Made by a program: the position numbers and the translations under genes. A stretch of DNA of 64,000 nt, taken from NCBI RefSeq assembly GCF_009914755.1, contig NC_060928.1; one strand, given 5' to 3'. Below are positions 42,340-54,059 of the stretch, piece by piece. The DNA comes from the human T2T-CHM13v2.0 reference genome, Homo sapiens. The notes below the pieces were generated by a model, which worked only from the letters and a program-made list of their open reading frames with translations, did not search any database and was not told the DNA's origin. Each line of letters begins with the position of its first letter. The first letter of the stretch is position 1.

Positions 42340-43802
42340 GGCACCCTCAGTCCTGTTGTTGGATTGTCTGGTTGAGGGCTTCTGACCCAGAGAACCTTCA
42401 TCCTCTACGGCAGGGCACCTTTTAGTGATTGCCTCAGCATGGTGGACATGGATGAGGGGGCAGCTTGTTTCTCATTGGACAATGCTTTTTAAAGTGCCTA
42501 GTAAACCACACTGATAACAAGCCCTACTGGGTGCTTGGCCTGCTCCATTCTCTGTCCTCTCTGAAACACCAAGGTTTGTTTGTCTGAGGGCCATGACTAA
42601 GGCTGCGGCCTTTCTCTGATCTCGCTTTTCCTTTTGGGCCTGTTCCTCTTGGTTCCTATTATAGAACACCATGGTTTCCAGGTTTAATAATGCCTGCAAA
42701 TTTTATTCAGGGCCCAGGGCTTACTTTTGGAACTTTCTCCTGATATCTGTGGCTGATTGGGTAATAAACTTATCTTTTATAATCAATTGACCTTTGAGTG
42801 ATTCAGGTGACAGGGGAGTATATTTTCTTAAGGCCTCCCATAGCCACTCGAAGAAGTCAGAAGGATTTTCTTCCTTTCCCTGAGTTATGGTGGACATCAT
42901 TGAATAATTCATGGGCTTTTCTCTAATTCTCCTTAGTCCTTCTAGATCACAGGTCAACAGATGTTTACAACTCCAGTCCCTATGATCTGAGTCAAGGTCC
43001 CAGTGAGGATCCATACTGGGGATGGCTTGCTGACCAGTAGGGAATCTGTCCCTTTCTTCAGCTGTCATTATATCATTTACTTGACTAAGATACCAGGTAT
43101 CTCCAAACTCTCATGCTGCAGCTAAAGCTGCATTCTTTTCATTAAAGGCAAGGGTTTGATCTAACAGTAGCATGACATCTCTCCAAGCGAGGTCAAAGGT
43201 TTGCCCTAGACCTTGTAGGACATCTATGTACCTATCAGGATCATCTGAAAACTTCCCCAGGTCTGTCTTGATCTGCTTTAAATCAGAGAGGGAGAAGGGG
43301 GCATGTACTGGGTTGGGCCAAATTCCCCTCCCCCTACAGCTTGAAGGAGACATAACTGATAGCTGGGGTTTTTTGATGCTTTGGAGATTTCTTTGCTTAT
43401 TTCCTTCTGGGCAGGGGAGATTAGAGGAGGATTATCATTAATAGGAAGGGGAGCTATAGGGAGGCTAGGATATGGGGGTAAGCTGAGAGGTCCTCCTGTG
43501 GGATGTAAATTGTAAGCTTTGCATAGTTGTGTATTCTCCTTCAATGAAAAGAAAGCTCAGACATAAAGTATTTTGCTCCATTTGCCTTCCCTCTTACAGA
43601 AAAGGTCAAGCTGCAGGATAGTATTGTAATTTATACTTCCCTCAGGTGGCCATTTTTCCCCATCAGAGAGAGAATACTGGGGCCAGGCTGTAGTGCAGAA
43701 AAAAATGAGCTGCCTCTTTTTCAGGGTTTGTGGGTCAAATTGGTCCCAATGGCTTAGGATGCATTTCAAGGATGAGCGTGTTGATGCCAGAGTGTTTCCC
43801 AT
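42340..43802 (-). pseudogene. HERV9 gag remnant
   Basis: MGNTLAS...[29 protein letters not shown] (MHR) and ACYQCG zinc-knuckle start. Multiple stops and frameshifts. Confidence 0.95.
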
Positions 43803-45135
43803 CTGAAAGACAAAACTGCCCACAGTTTTGGATTGTTTTGTTTCTACCCCTGCCCAAGAACCCACAATGGTCCCTGGACCCTACTGATTGGAATAGGTGT
43901 GCTCATTGATGCAGCAGCAGAAACAACCCCTGCCCAAGAACCCGCAACCATCCCTGGACCCTGCTGATCGGAATAGTTGCGCTCACCAACACAGCAGCAG
44001 AAACACTAGTTTTCCTCCCAGACCACAAAGAGGACCAAGGAAGGTCGGATTTAGTGGCCCTGACTGACACATTCTCAAAAACCTGCACCCTTGCCTGTCC
44101 TCCTAGACCACAAGGAGGACTGAGAAAAATCAGATTTAGTGGCCCTTACTGACACATTCTCAAAAACCTGTTAAAGTCCTAAGCATTCTCCTGTTAGTAT
44201 TTGGAGCTTGCCTGTGTCCTATAAAGATGTTATGCCCCAAAAATGAAGTGGAGGGCCATGCCCTGAGGGAAGGAAGTGATCTCTGGAGTTGGAAGACTGA
44301 TGGCTATTGTCCTCACTTATATGAATAGGAAGGATAGAATTTCTGAGGCTCCCCATATCCTAGCTTCAAGAATAGCTTTTGTTAGGCCTGCTAGTCTAAG
44401 GAGGGATCCTAAAATTCCAGATAGTTCCCCCCTATGACAGGGCTTTGGGCAAAAATTATGTCTTTCTGATTGGTGAGCCCAGGTGCCTAAAGAAGGTAAC
44501 AGAGCCCTGGAGTTTATACTAGAAATCATTCTTTCAGAGAAACTAGAAAAGCACCAGAGACAAGGAATTGTTTTTAGAATTGGGGCTAGCCTCAGAGAAG
44601 AGAGGTGAGAGGAAGTTTGTCTGGCAGGCATTAGGACCCAGGGGGCAAGGTCAGGATAGATAGGATAGATGGGTGAGTCTCGCTTGGGCGACATGCCTTT
44701 GAGAGTTCTGCTCATGGCCACAGGGTCAACCAACTTGTTGTCAGGACCCCGGAGCTGAATGACTTTCCTCTGTCGACCCTTGGCTCAGCCCAGAAGTACA
44801 GCAAAAGTGGTAGCTGGTTCCAGGCAAACCAACGCTCCCAACTCTGAAGAGTCAGGGGTTGTTAGAGAGCCCTTTCCCAGAAAGCCTGACACCTGTGTCT
44901 TTAGTCCAGCGGCTGCGCTAGTCGCTTTTAACTGGCTGACAGGTGCCTGGTATTTAGACCCTGAATACTAAGGAAAAATAGGACAGAATAGCAAGTGAAA
45001 GGGGTCCAATGGTTCTCACTGCTTGGCGATAGGTGATAGTCTCACTGCTTGGTGATAGGCGGTAGTCTCACTGCTCAGTGATAGGCGATGGTCTCACCAC
45101 TTGGTGATAGTCTCACCACTTGGCAATAGGTGATA

Positions 45136-45153
45136 GTACCTTCATGGTTGCCA
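45136..45153 (-). promoter_or_regulatory. Primer-binding site (tRNA-Arg type) after the middle LTR
   Basis: TGGCAACCATGAAGGTAC three nt after the LTR end, similar to HERV9 PBS TGGCGACCACGAAGGGAC. Confidence 0.85.
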
Positions 45154-45156
45154 AAA

Positions 45157-46583
45157 TGTGTCTGAAACTGGTGGGTTCTTGGTCTCACTGACTTCAAGAA
45201 TGAAGCCACGGACCTTCAAGGTGAGTGTTACAGTTCTTAAAGATGGTATGTCTGGAGTTTGTTCCTTCTGATGTTCGGACGTGTTCAGAGTTTCTTCCTT
45301 CTGGTGGGTTCATGGTCTCGCTGGCTTCAGGAGTGAAGCTGCAGACCTTCGCAGTGAGTGTTACAGCTCTTAAGGCAGTGCATCTGAAGCTGTTCGTTCC
45401 TCCCATCCAGAGTTGTTCATCCCTCCTGGTGGGTTCGTGGTCTCATTGGCCTCAGGATTGAAGCTGCAGACCTTTGTGGTGAGTGTTACAGCTCATAAAG
45501 GCAGTGTGGGCCCAAAGAGTGAGCAGCAGCAAGATTTATTATGAAGAGTGAAAGAACAATGCTTCCACAGTGTGGAAGGGGACCCAAGCGGGTTGCTGCT
45601 GCTGGCTTGGGCATCCTGCTTTTATTCCCTTATCTGATCCCATCCACATGCTGCTGATTGGTCCATTTTATAGAGAGCTGATTGGTCCATTTTACAGAGA
45701 GCTAATTGGTCCGTTTTGACAGGGTGCTGATTGGTGCATTTACAATCCCTGAGCTAGACACCGAGTGCTGATTGGTGCATTTGCAATCTTCTAGCTAGAC
45801 ATAAAAGTTCTCCAAGTCCCCACCAGATTAGCTAGATACAGAGTGCTGATTGGTGCATCCACAAACCTTGAGCTAAACACAGGGTGCTGATTGGTGCATT
45901 TACAAACCTTTAGCTAGACATAAAAGTTCTCCAAGTCCCCACCCAACTGAGGAGCCCAGCTGGCTTCGCCTAGTGGATCCCATGCTGGGGCCGTGGGCGG
46001 AGCTGCCTGCCAGTCCTGTGCCACATGCCTGCATTCCTCAGCCCTTGGGTGGTCGATGGGACTGGGAACCATGGAGCAGGGGGCAGTGCCTGGTGGGGAG
46101 GCTCGGGCCATGCAAGAGCCCACCATGGGGGGTGACTTGGGCATGGCGGGCTGCAGGTCCCAAGCCCTGCCCCATGGGGAGGCAGCTAAGGCCCGGCGAG
46201 AATTCAAGCATGGTAAGGGCAGGCCGTCAGTGCTGGGGGCCAGGCACATCCTCCGCAGCTGCTGGCCCAGGTGCTGAGCCCCTCACTGCCCGGGGCCAGT
46301 GGCTCTTGCCAGCCGCTCCAAGTGTGGGGCCCACCAAGCCCGCACCCACCCAGAACTCACACTGGCCCATGAGGGCCATGTGCAGCCTTGGTTCCTGCCT
46401 GTGCCTCTCCCTCCACACCTCCCCACAAGCAGAGGGAGCTGGCTCTAGCCTTGGCCAGCCCAGAGAGGGATTCCCACAGTGCAGCAGTGTGCTGAAGGGC
46501 TCCTCAAGCATGGCCCCAGTGGGCGCTGAGGCTGAGGAGGTGCCAAGAGTGAGCGAGGGCTGCCAGCATGCTGTCACCTCTCA
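45157..46583 (-). mobile_element. LTR12 (D-like), internal LTR
   Basis: Complete LTR12 followed by a PBS but not preceded by a polypurine tract (upstream flank reads GGAGATTAT). Confidence 0.97.
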
Positions 46584-48720
46584 ATAATCTCCAAAGTTGT
46601 CAGAAACCTGCATTCAAGAGCACCTGAAAGTTCTATAGCTGATTAAAAACCACCTTTTGAAGAGGATAAAAACAGGACAACTGTCCATGGATGACAAAAC
46701 ATCTTAGGGTAGCCTCTATTAAAGCTACAATTGACTAGAAATTTTGATTACTCCTGTGGCATACAACAATTTTGAATAACAATTACAGTTTTTAATAACA
46801 TATACTAAGTCATCAGAATTATAGGAGTTTAAGAAAGTTTTGGAACACATATCAATAACATATTTATACAAATACTGCCCAAAGAAAACCAAGCACCATT
46901 TCATATTTGACAATGCTTCCTGTATAATTTTTATACCAAATAAGCCAATATGTCTCTTCTGAACTTTAGGGGACCTAGCTTTTAAAAGATTAATTAGGTC
47001 TGAAAAAGACATAATTTATCATTTAATTTTAGAAAGTTTTTCACATATCAAAGGTTTAAAACACTTGATATTAAAAAATAAAGTCCCAGATCACCGTAAA
47101 TTATTGGTAAATTATTCATTTAGTCAAAATGATGACTTAAAAATTTTAAGGAGGCAAAATCTTTACTAATAGAGGAAAGACTTAGCTTTCCAAACAATCT
47201 TTTTTCTTTCTCTTCTTTTTCCTATAGTTTATTCAAAAGGCAAACAAAACTTTTTTAAATAAAACATAAAAATCTTGTTCAAGAGAGAAAGGCAAATTTT
47301 ACTGTTACATTACTGCATTATTATTATTATTATTATTTTTCTTTTTGAGACAAAGTATCTCTCTGTTGCCCAGGCTGGGGTCTAGTGGCACAATCGGGGC
47401 TCACTGCAACCTTCGCCTCCTGGGTTCAAACTGTTCTCATACATCGGCTTCCCAAATAGCTGGGATTATGACATGTACCACCACACCCGGCTAATTTTTG
47501 TATTTTTAGTAAAGATGAGCTTTCACCATGTTGTCAAGGCTGGTCTCAAACTCCTGGCCTCAAGTGATCAGCCCGCTTTGGCCTCCCAACGTGTTGGGAT
47601 TACAGGCATGAGCTTTCGTGCCTGTCCACATTAGTGCATTATTGATGTCAAACCCAATTCTTAATAAAACCTTACAGACAAAGCTATTCAATTTTAATGT
47701 CTGACCATAAGATTCTCATAAATCTTTTTTTATAACCTTTTACATTTTTTGTTAAGAAGCAGATCAGTGGTGTAAGAAAAACATATTTTGCTTTTATTCC
47801 AATGTTCAGTTTATGGAAAAACTGAATAATACTCCTTTATTCAGTTTTTAGCCAATATGTTTACATATGGAATTTCTTTTACAAGGTTAATTTTTCTAAA
47901 CCTTCTACAACTTGCTCAAACCTTCAGCTTTAATATATCTAACTTAAAACAATCTGTTAACCCTTTAATATAGGTTAAAAAAATCCACATTCCCATGACT
48001 TCTTATAATCTTTTACCAAAAACACATTTTACTTTCCTTGCACATGTTGCATGTAAAACTGTTTTTATTTCTAATAGATTGCTAAAGCCATGTGAACTAA
48101 AAAATATTAAAGTTTTTATTTTTCTGAGAAAATATTTGATTTAAGCTCTTATTATTTTTAAACCAATTAATCAAAACTCTTTCATATCACACACACATCA
48201 CATATAAATACACAGACAGAAGAAGACCCAGTAGTTTTAAGATCTTCCATTTGCTAGTTCTTTAACCAGATTATTGACTTCAGGGTGCAGCCTTTGGAGG
48301 AACAGGGCCAGGAAAGCATGCAGTTTCTATGGCCTTATAAGCAGGCACAACTGGAAGGTAAAACATATCTCCCAAAATTAAGGATCCCATTTTTTATACC
48401 ATAACTTAGATCCCAAAACAGAGAAACTCTGCAGAACAATACAGTGCAATGATTTTATTGCAAAGGAAACAAAATCCAATCAGCCCATTCTGTGATTAGC
48501 CCATCCTGCATGGGAGTCTTTTCTCGCAGTGGGGTTTTGGGGGTTGGGGACATCTTCATACCTTCCAGGTTGCCAGAGCATGCTTCTCTGATCCAAACAT
48601 GCAAAAAGCTGAGGATCTCCAAAACTGTTTTTTCTACCTAGTTATTACACATCAAAGCTCTTTCATAATGCAAAGTGGTTTCAGATACCCCCAAGAGTAA
48701 AAACCATCATATAATGCAAT
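46584..48720 (-). mobile_element. Non-HERV9 AT-rich ERV1 internal sequence (MER4-group-int-like)
   Basis: Motifs aaaagattaattaggtctgaaaaagacataattta, atatcaaaggtttaaaacacttgatatt and gggccaggaaagcatgcagtttcta, recalled from MER4-group internal consensus. No counterpart in the HERV9 internal region at 39007-45156. Confidence 0.7.
47323..47627 (-). mobile_element. Old Alu (AluJb/Sz-like) with (TTA)n tail
   Basis: Heavily substituted full Alu with ctggcctcaagtgat. TSD acattactgcattatt (47307-47322) / acattagtgcattatt (47628-47643). Confidence 0.95.
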
Positions 48721-48850
48721 AGGACAGAATAGCAAGTGAAAGGGGTCTGATGGTACTCACTGCTTGGCAATAGGCGACAGTCTCACCGCTCAGCAATAGG
48801 CGATGGTCTCACCACTTGGCGATAGTCTCACCACTTGGCGACAGGTGATA

Positions 48851-48868
48851 GTCTCTTCATGGTCGCCA
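48851..48868 (-). promoter_or_regulatory. Primer-binding site (tRNA-Arg type) after the 5' LTR
   Basis: TGGCGACCATGAAGAGAC followed by ~130 nt of HERV9 leader repeats (48721-48850). Confidence 0.88.
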
Positions 48869-48871
48869 AAA

Positions 48872-50459
48872 TGTGTCCAGAATTGGTGGGTTCTTGGTCT
48901 CGCTGACTTCAAGAATGAAGCCACAAACCCTCACAGTCAGTGTTACAGTTCTTAAAGATGGTGTGTCCAGACTTTGTTCCTCCAGATGTTCAGATATGTC
49001 TGGAGTTTCTTCCTTCTGGTGGGTTTGTGGTCTCACTGGCTTCAGGAGTGAAGCTGCAGACCTTCGAGGTGAGTGTTACAGCTCTTAAAGGCAGCGTGTC
49101 TGGAGTTGTTCGTTCATCCCTTCCGGAGTTGTTCATCCCTCCCAGTGGGTTCATGGTCTCACTGGCTTCAGGAGTGAAGCTGCAGACCTTCACAGTGTTA
49201 CAGCTCATAATGGCAACATGGACCCAAAGAGTGAGCAGCAGCAAGATTTATCGCGAAGAGCAAAACAACAAAGCTTCCACAGCGTGCAAGGGGACCCCAG
49301 CGGGGTGCTGCTTCTGGCTCCGGCAGCCTGCTTTTTTTCCCTTATCTGACCCCACCCACATCCTACTGATTGGTCCATTTTACAGAGAGCTGATTGGTCC
49401 ATTTTACAGAGAGCTGATTGGTCCATTTTGACAGGGTGCTGATTGGTGCATTTACTATCCCTGAGCAAGAAATAGAGTGCTGATGGTGCATTTACAAACC
49501 TTGAGCTAGACACAAAGTGCTGATTGGTGCACTTACAATCCTCTAGCTAGACATAAAAGTTCTCCAAGTCCCCACTAGATTAGCTGGATACAGAGTGCTG
49601 ATTGGTGCATCCACGAACCCCGAGCTAGACACAGAGTGCTGATTGGTGCATTTACAATCCTCTAGCTAGAAATAAAAGTTCTCCAAGTCCCCACCAGATT
49701 AGCTAGCTACAGAGTGCTGTTTGGTGCATCCACAAACCCCGAGCTAGACACAGAGTGCTGATTGGCACATATACAATCCTCCAGCTAGACATAAAAGTTT
49801 TCCAAGTCCCCACCTGACTCAGGAGCCCAGCTGGCTTCACCTAGCGGATCCCACTGCCAGGGCTGCAGGCAGAGCTGCCTGCCAGTCCAGCACCATGCGC
49901 CCACACTCCTCAGCCCTTGGGTGGTTGATGGGACTGGGTGCCACAGAGCAGGGGGCGGCACCCATCATGGAGGCTCGGGCCACACGGGAGCCCACGGCGG
50001 GGGTGGGGGCACTCAGGCATGGCCAGCTGCAGGTCCTGAGCCCTGCCCTGTGGGGAGGTGGCTGAGGCCCGGCGAGAATTCAAGCGTGGCACGGGTGGGT
50101 CAGCAGTGCTGGTGGACCTGGAGCACCCTCTGCAACTGCTGGCCTGGGTGCTAAGCCCCTCACTGCCCAGGGCCCGCGGCACTGGCCGGCTGCTTAACGT
50201 GCAGGGCCCACCAAGCCTGCGCCCACCTGAAACTTGCACTGGCCCGCGAGGGCCACGTGCAGCCTGGGTTCCGCCTGCACCTCTCCCTCCACACCTCCCC
50301 TTAAGCAGAGGGAGCTGGCTCCAGCCTCGGCCAGCCCAGAGAGGGGATCCCACAGTGCAGCAGTGGGCTGAAGGGCTCCTCAAGTGCGGCCAGAGTGGAC
50401 ACTGAGTCTGAGGAGGTGCCGAGAGTGAGCAAGGGCTGCTAGCAGGTTGTCACCGCTCA
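48872..50459 (-). mobile_element. LTR12 (D/E-like), 5' LTR
   Basis: Minus strand TGAGCGGTGACAACCTGCTAGC...GGACACA, with the longest CCAAT array of the three LTRs. Confidence 0.97.
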
Positions 50460-50564
50460 GTAGGAGAGGGGAGAGGTGGGCAAAGTAGGAGGGGGAGGAG
50501 AGGGGAGGGGAGGGGAGATTATCTTTACCCATCTTTTGGCTCTGGCTAGTCTTCCCTGTACAGT

Positions 50565-51960
50565 AAAAGTTCTCGAAAGAGTTCTGTGTACTCACTATAT
50601 TCAATCTTTTCTTTCCCTTCTCTCTACTTCTCTCTAACCAAGTATCTCCTCTGTTATACCACGAATACTTCTCTTGTTAAAGCCACCAAAGACCTCCACA
50701 TGAACAATTCTGAGACCCCCATTTTAGCTGACCTATTGGCAGCAGTTGATACTGTTGGTCAGTCTTTCTGCTTTAAAACAAATTCTTCACTTGGTTTCTG
50801 GGCCATTGCATTCTCCTGGTTTCCCTTTTTCCTCTCTGGATATTTTCCCTAAGTCTTCTTAGCTACCTTACCATTATTTCCCCAATCTTCACATTTGGAG
50901 TATCTGACAACTAAGTTTTTCCACATTTTTGCTTTTCTATCTTCTGATTTCAAAGCAATAAATACCATCTATATGCTGATCACTACCAAATTGATGTCTC
51001 CATTAATGACCTCTCCTTTGAATACCAGTCTGGTATATCCAACTGTCTATTAGATATTTCTACTTGTATGCCTCTTAGACATCTCAAAGTTTACATACAT
51101 AAAACTGAACTTTCACCAAAATTTGTTCATCCCACAATCTCCTCATTTCAGTATCAGGCCAAACACCTTGTAGTCATCCTGAACATCTCACTTTCTCTTA
51201 TGTCATACACAGTCCACTAGCAAATCTTGCTAGCTGTAATTTCAAGATGTATACAGAATCCAACTAATTCTCACAGCTTCCTCCACTGTCACCCTGGTTC
51301 ATGCCACTGTGACATCTGCTTGGATTGCTGTAACAGCCTCCTGACTAGAATTCCTGCATATGCTCTTACCTGTCTTCAGTCTCTTGTCAAAACATCAGCC
51401 AGGGTGATTCCTCTGTTCAGAACCCTCAAATGACTTCCCATCTTGCTCAAAGTAAAATCTAAAGTCATCACAAAGACCTTATAGCCCTATGAAATCTGTT
51501 GCCTCTTTCTTACCTGGCTTCACCTCACCTACTATACTCACCCTTCCTTACACTGGCCCGCTTGCTACCATTCCTCAGAGACACCAGGCACGCTCCTATC
51601 TCAAGGCCTTTGCCCTTGCTGGTGGTCACTCTTCCTAAAATGTTCTTCCCACAGAAATTTGCACAGCTTGCTTCCTTGCTTCAGATCTTTACTCAAATGC
51701 CATCTCCTTAGTGAGGACTTCCTGACCACTCTATCAGAAACTTGCAGTCATACACACAATTTCTATCTCCCTCCCCTACTTCAGTTTTCTCCTTGGTGCT
51801 TTGTCACTATCTAATACACTGTATATTTTTATATTTCTCATATTTAAGGTCTGTCTCCCCCATTAGAATACTGAGTCAAGGGAGCTTTATCTACTTTGTT
51901 CACTGCTCTATCTCCAGCACTAAGAATAATAATGACACTCAGGAAATACTGTGGAAGGTA
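50565..51960 (+). mobile_element. L2a-like LINE-2, long 3' fragment
   Basis: RT remnant ADLLAAVDTVGQS...SSLGFWAIAFSWF (compare LDLSAAFDTVDH). Typical L2 3' region tctcaaggcctttgc...ttgttcactgctctatctccagcac. Confidence 0.85.
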
Positions 51961-51964
51961 GATA

Positions 51965-52664
51965 TGTTACAATTGGCAGTTAGTCACACACAAGCAGGGC
52001 AGAAGACCCTCCCCCCAACTCCCACCAGGAATGTCAGGTGACCATCAGGTAATGGTCAGACAGTTGGGTTAACTGTCTCTCTCAAATAATAATTGGTCAC
52101 AACCAGCACCAGAGAAAGCCAGTCTCCCAACAGCTAGAAACACCTGAAACTGATGATCAGCAGCTTCCCAATAAGATTTCAGGATTTGGGCGAGTGGGCT
52201 CAAACATGCACAATAAGATGCAAAATGGTGGAGTTTAACTGTTACATGACCTTCTTCTCGGAACACTTGACTGGTAAGGGAAAAATGCCTGAAGTGAGCA
52301 TGTGCAACATTTCAGTAAGCACACTGCACATGTGCCAGCAGACCACTGCTCAGGCAGACAGCGCACCCCAGTGGAAGAATTGGGGGAGAAGGGATGCAAC
52401 CCCCAGGAAGCATGCCAACATGTAAGATCCCAAGTCAAAGGTCAAACCATGCACTTGATCTTTCATGTCACTCGCTTAGCCCTCTTCCAAGTGTACTTTA
52501 CTTCTTTTTCTTCCTGCTCTAAAGCTTTTTAATAAACTTTCACTCCTGCTCTAAAAATTGCCTCAGTCTCTCACTCTGCCTTATTCCCCTCAGTCAAATT
52601 CTTTATTCTGAGGAAGCAAGAACTGAGGTTGCTGCAGACCTATACAGATACACCGCTGCTAACA
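51965..52664 (+). mobile_element. ERV1 solo LTR (MER50-like)
   Basis: tgtta...caccaggaatgtcaggtgaccatcagg...aataaactttcactcctgctc...gctgctaaca. TSD gata/gatg. Confidence 0.88.
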
Positions 52665-54059
52665 GATGGAAGGAGGGAAGAAGGGAAGGAAGGAAGGACT
52701 GCAAGAATGGTTACAACATTAGTTTCCCCTCTCAATGTAAAAACAGCACTTAGCTAGCTTATGATACTTAAGTTGCATGTGGCATGAGCCTACCCCGTTG
52801 CTTCCTGAGTAGATCTAGAGAAATAGAAACCATCAGCCTCTAAAGAAAAAGTGGCATCCTCCTAACTAAATGTACTTTTTAAATGCCCATATGAACCAAT
52901 TAAAATATGAAGTGATTTCAACTTCCAAAGCTTTTTTCTTAGACAACAAGCTAGGAACAGAGGCCAATGCCCAAGCTGCCTGCAACTTCACACCATGTTA
53001 AGTGCAATGCTGGCTCTAGATAAATGTTAAATTGCCGCTATATGCCTTTCACTTCCTAAAACTAGCTTTTGATTTACCTTATTGTGGGTTTTGAGCATCT
53101 GGAATTTTCCCAAGTGAACTAAAATCTTGCCAACGGTAAAACTACTGCTCATTACCTGCGTTAATTTCATCTCTTTCTCTGCATTCAATAACCCCATCTG
53201 TTGCAATACCAGCTGTGAGAAGGGAAAGGAGCAAGAGACTGAGCAGACCTAACACAGAGACTCTGTGGGGTAGCAATAACTCCTTCCCAGGAAAAAGGAA
53301 ATTTATAATTCACAGTGGACATGACTAGATCCACCAAAAATACTAGGCAAAATGGAATCTTAGGGTTAGTTGCTCAGATTTTTTAAGTTTTTATTTAATC
53401 ATGTCAAAATATCCAGTATAATTTACTGATAAATTCATTTTTATAAATATATTTGTTATATAATACCCTAAGCAGATCCTGCCTCGAAGTGCATATAACC
53501 TAAGTTTCAGTAGGAGGCTGCCACAACCATACACCGTATTTTTGAATTGGGCTTTGCAGAACTGAAAAAAAAAATGGCAGGCATAATATGCCATATGGTA
53601 GATGCTCAAGAAATGTTAGTTCCCTCTGCCCCTTTGAAGAAACAACCAAGTCTGGTGCAGCTAGTTTGTACTTTGTGACAAAGTTTTTCAGCAATTCCCT
53701 GCTTCACAAGAGTCACATCTGGCCCACTACATTCCTGACCCCTGCCGTCTTCTAAGGAGCTTCCTGAGGCTCTGAAAAGCTGCTGAAACTGAGTGAAGCA
53801 TGCATTTTCTCCTCTCTAGATTGATAAGCAGGATTGTAGTGATTTAGAATGACACTTCAACAGGCTCAATTAATATCTGATAGACAAGAATATGGTTGGT
53901 TTCAAAGTTGCCCCTACCCTAAAGGCAAATGCTGTGCATGTAAAGGAAGTGAGTGTTCTTGCAAGCTTTGCTCCCTTTCCTAAAACAAAGCTTCTCTCTC
54001 TCTCTCTCTACCCCTCAGCACCAAGGAAGAATAAGCATTATACAAGAAAAAATTAGCAA

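Larger units (their letters stand above)
37701..50459 (-). mobile_element. Composite HERV9 element with three LTR12s
   Basis: LTR12 at 37701-39006, 45157-46583 and 48872-50459, all in the same orientation. GTAG directly flanks both outer ends (37697-37700 and 50460-50463). Confidence 0.9.

Noticed and set aside
43848-45135. Tandem repeats in the HERV9 leader and LTR arrays that superficially resemble CRISPR repeats
   Set aside because: These are ordinary HERV9/LTR12 repeats with no unique spacers or cas genes, in eukaryotic DNA.
45973-46587. 204-aa ORF and other GC-rich ORFs in the LTR12s
   Set aside because: Expected from stop-poor GC-rich U3 sequence, and the frames are not preserved among the three LTRs.
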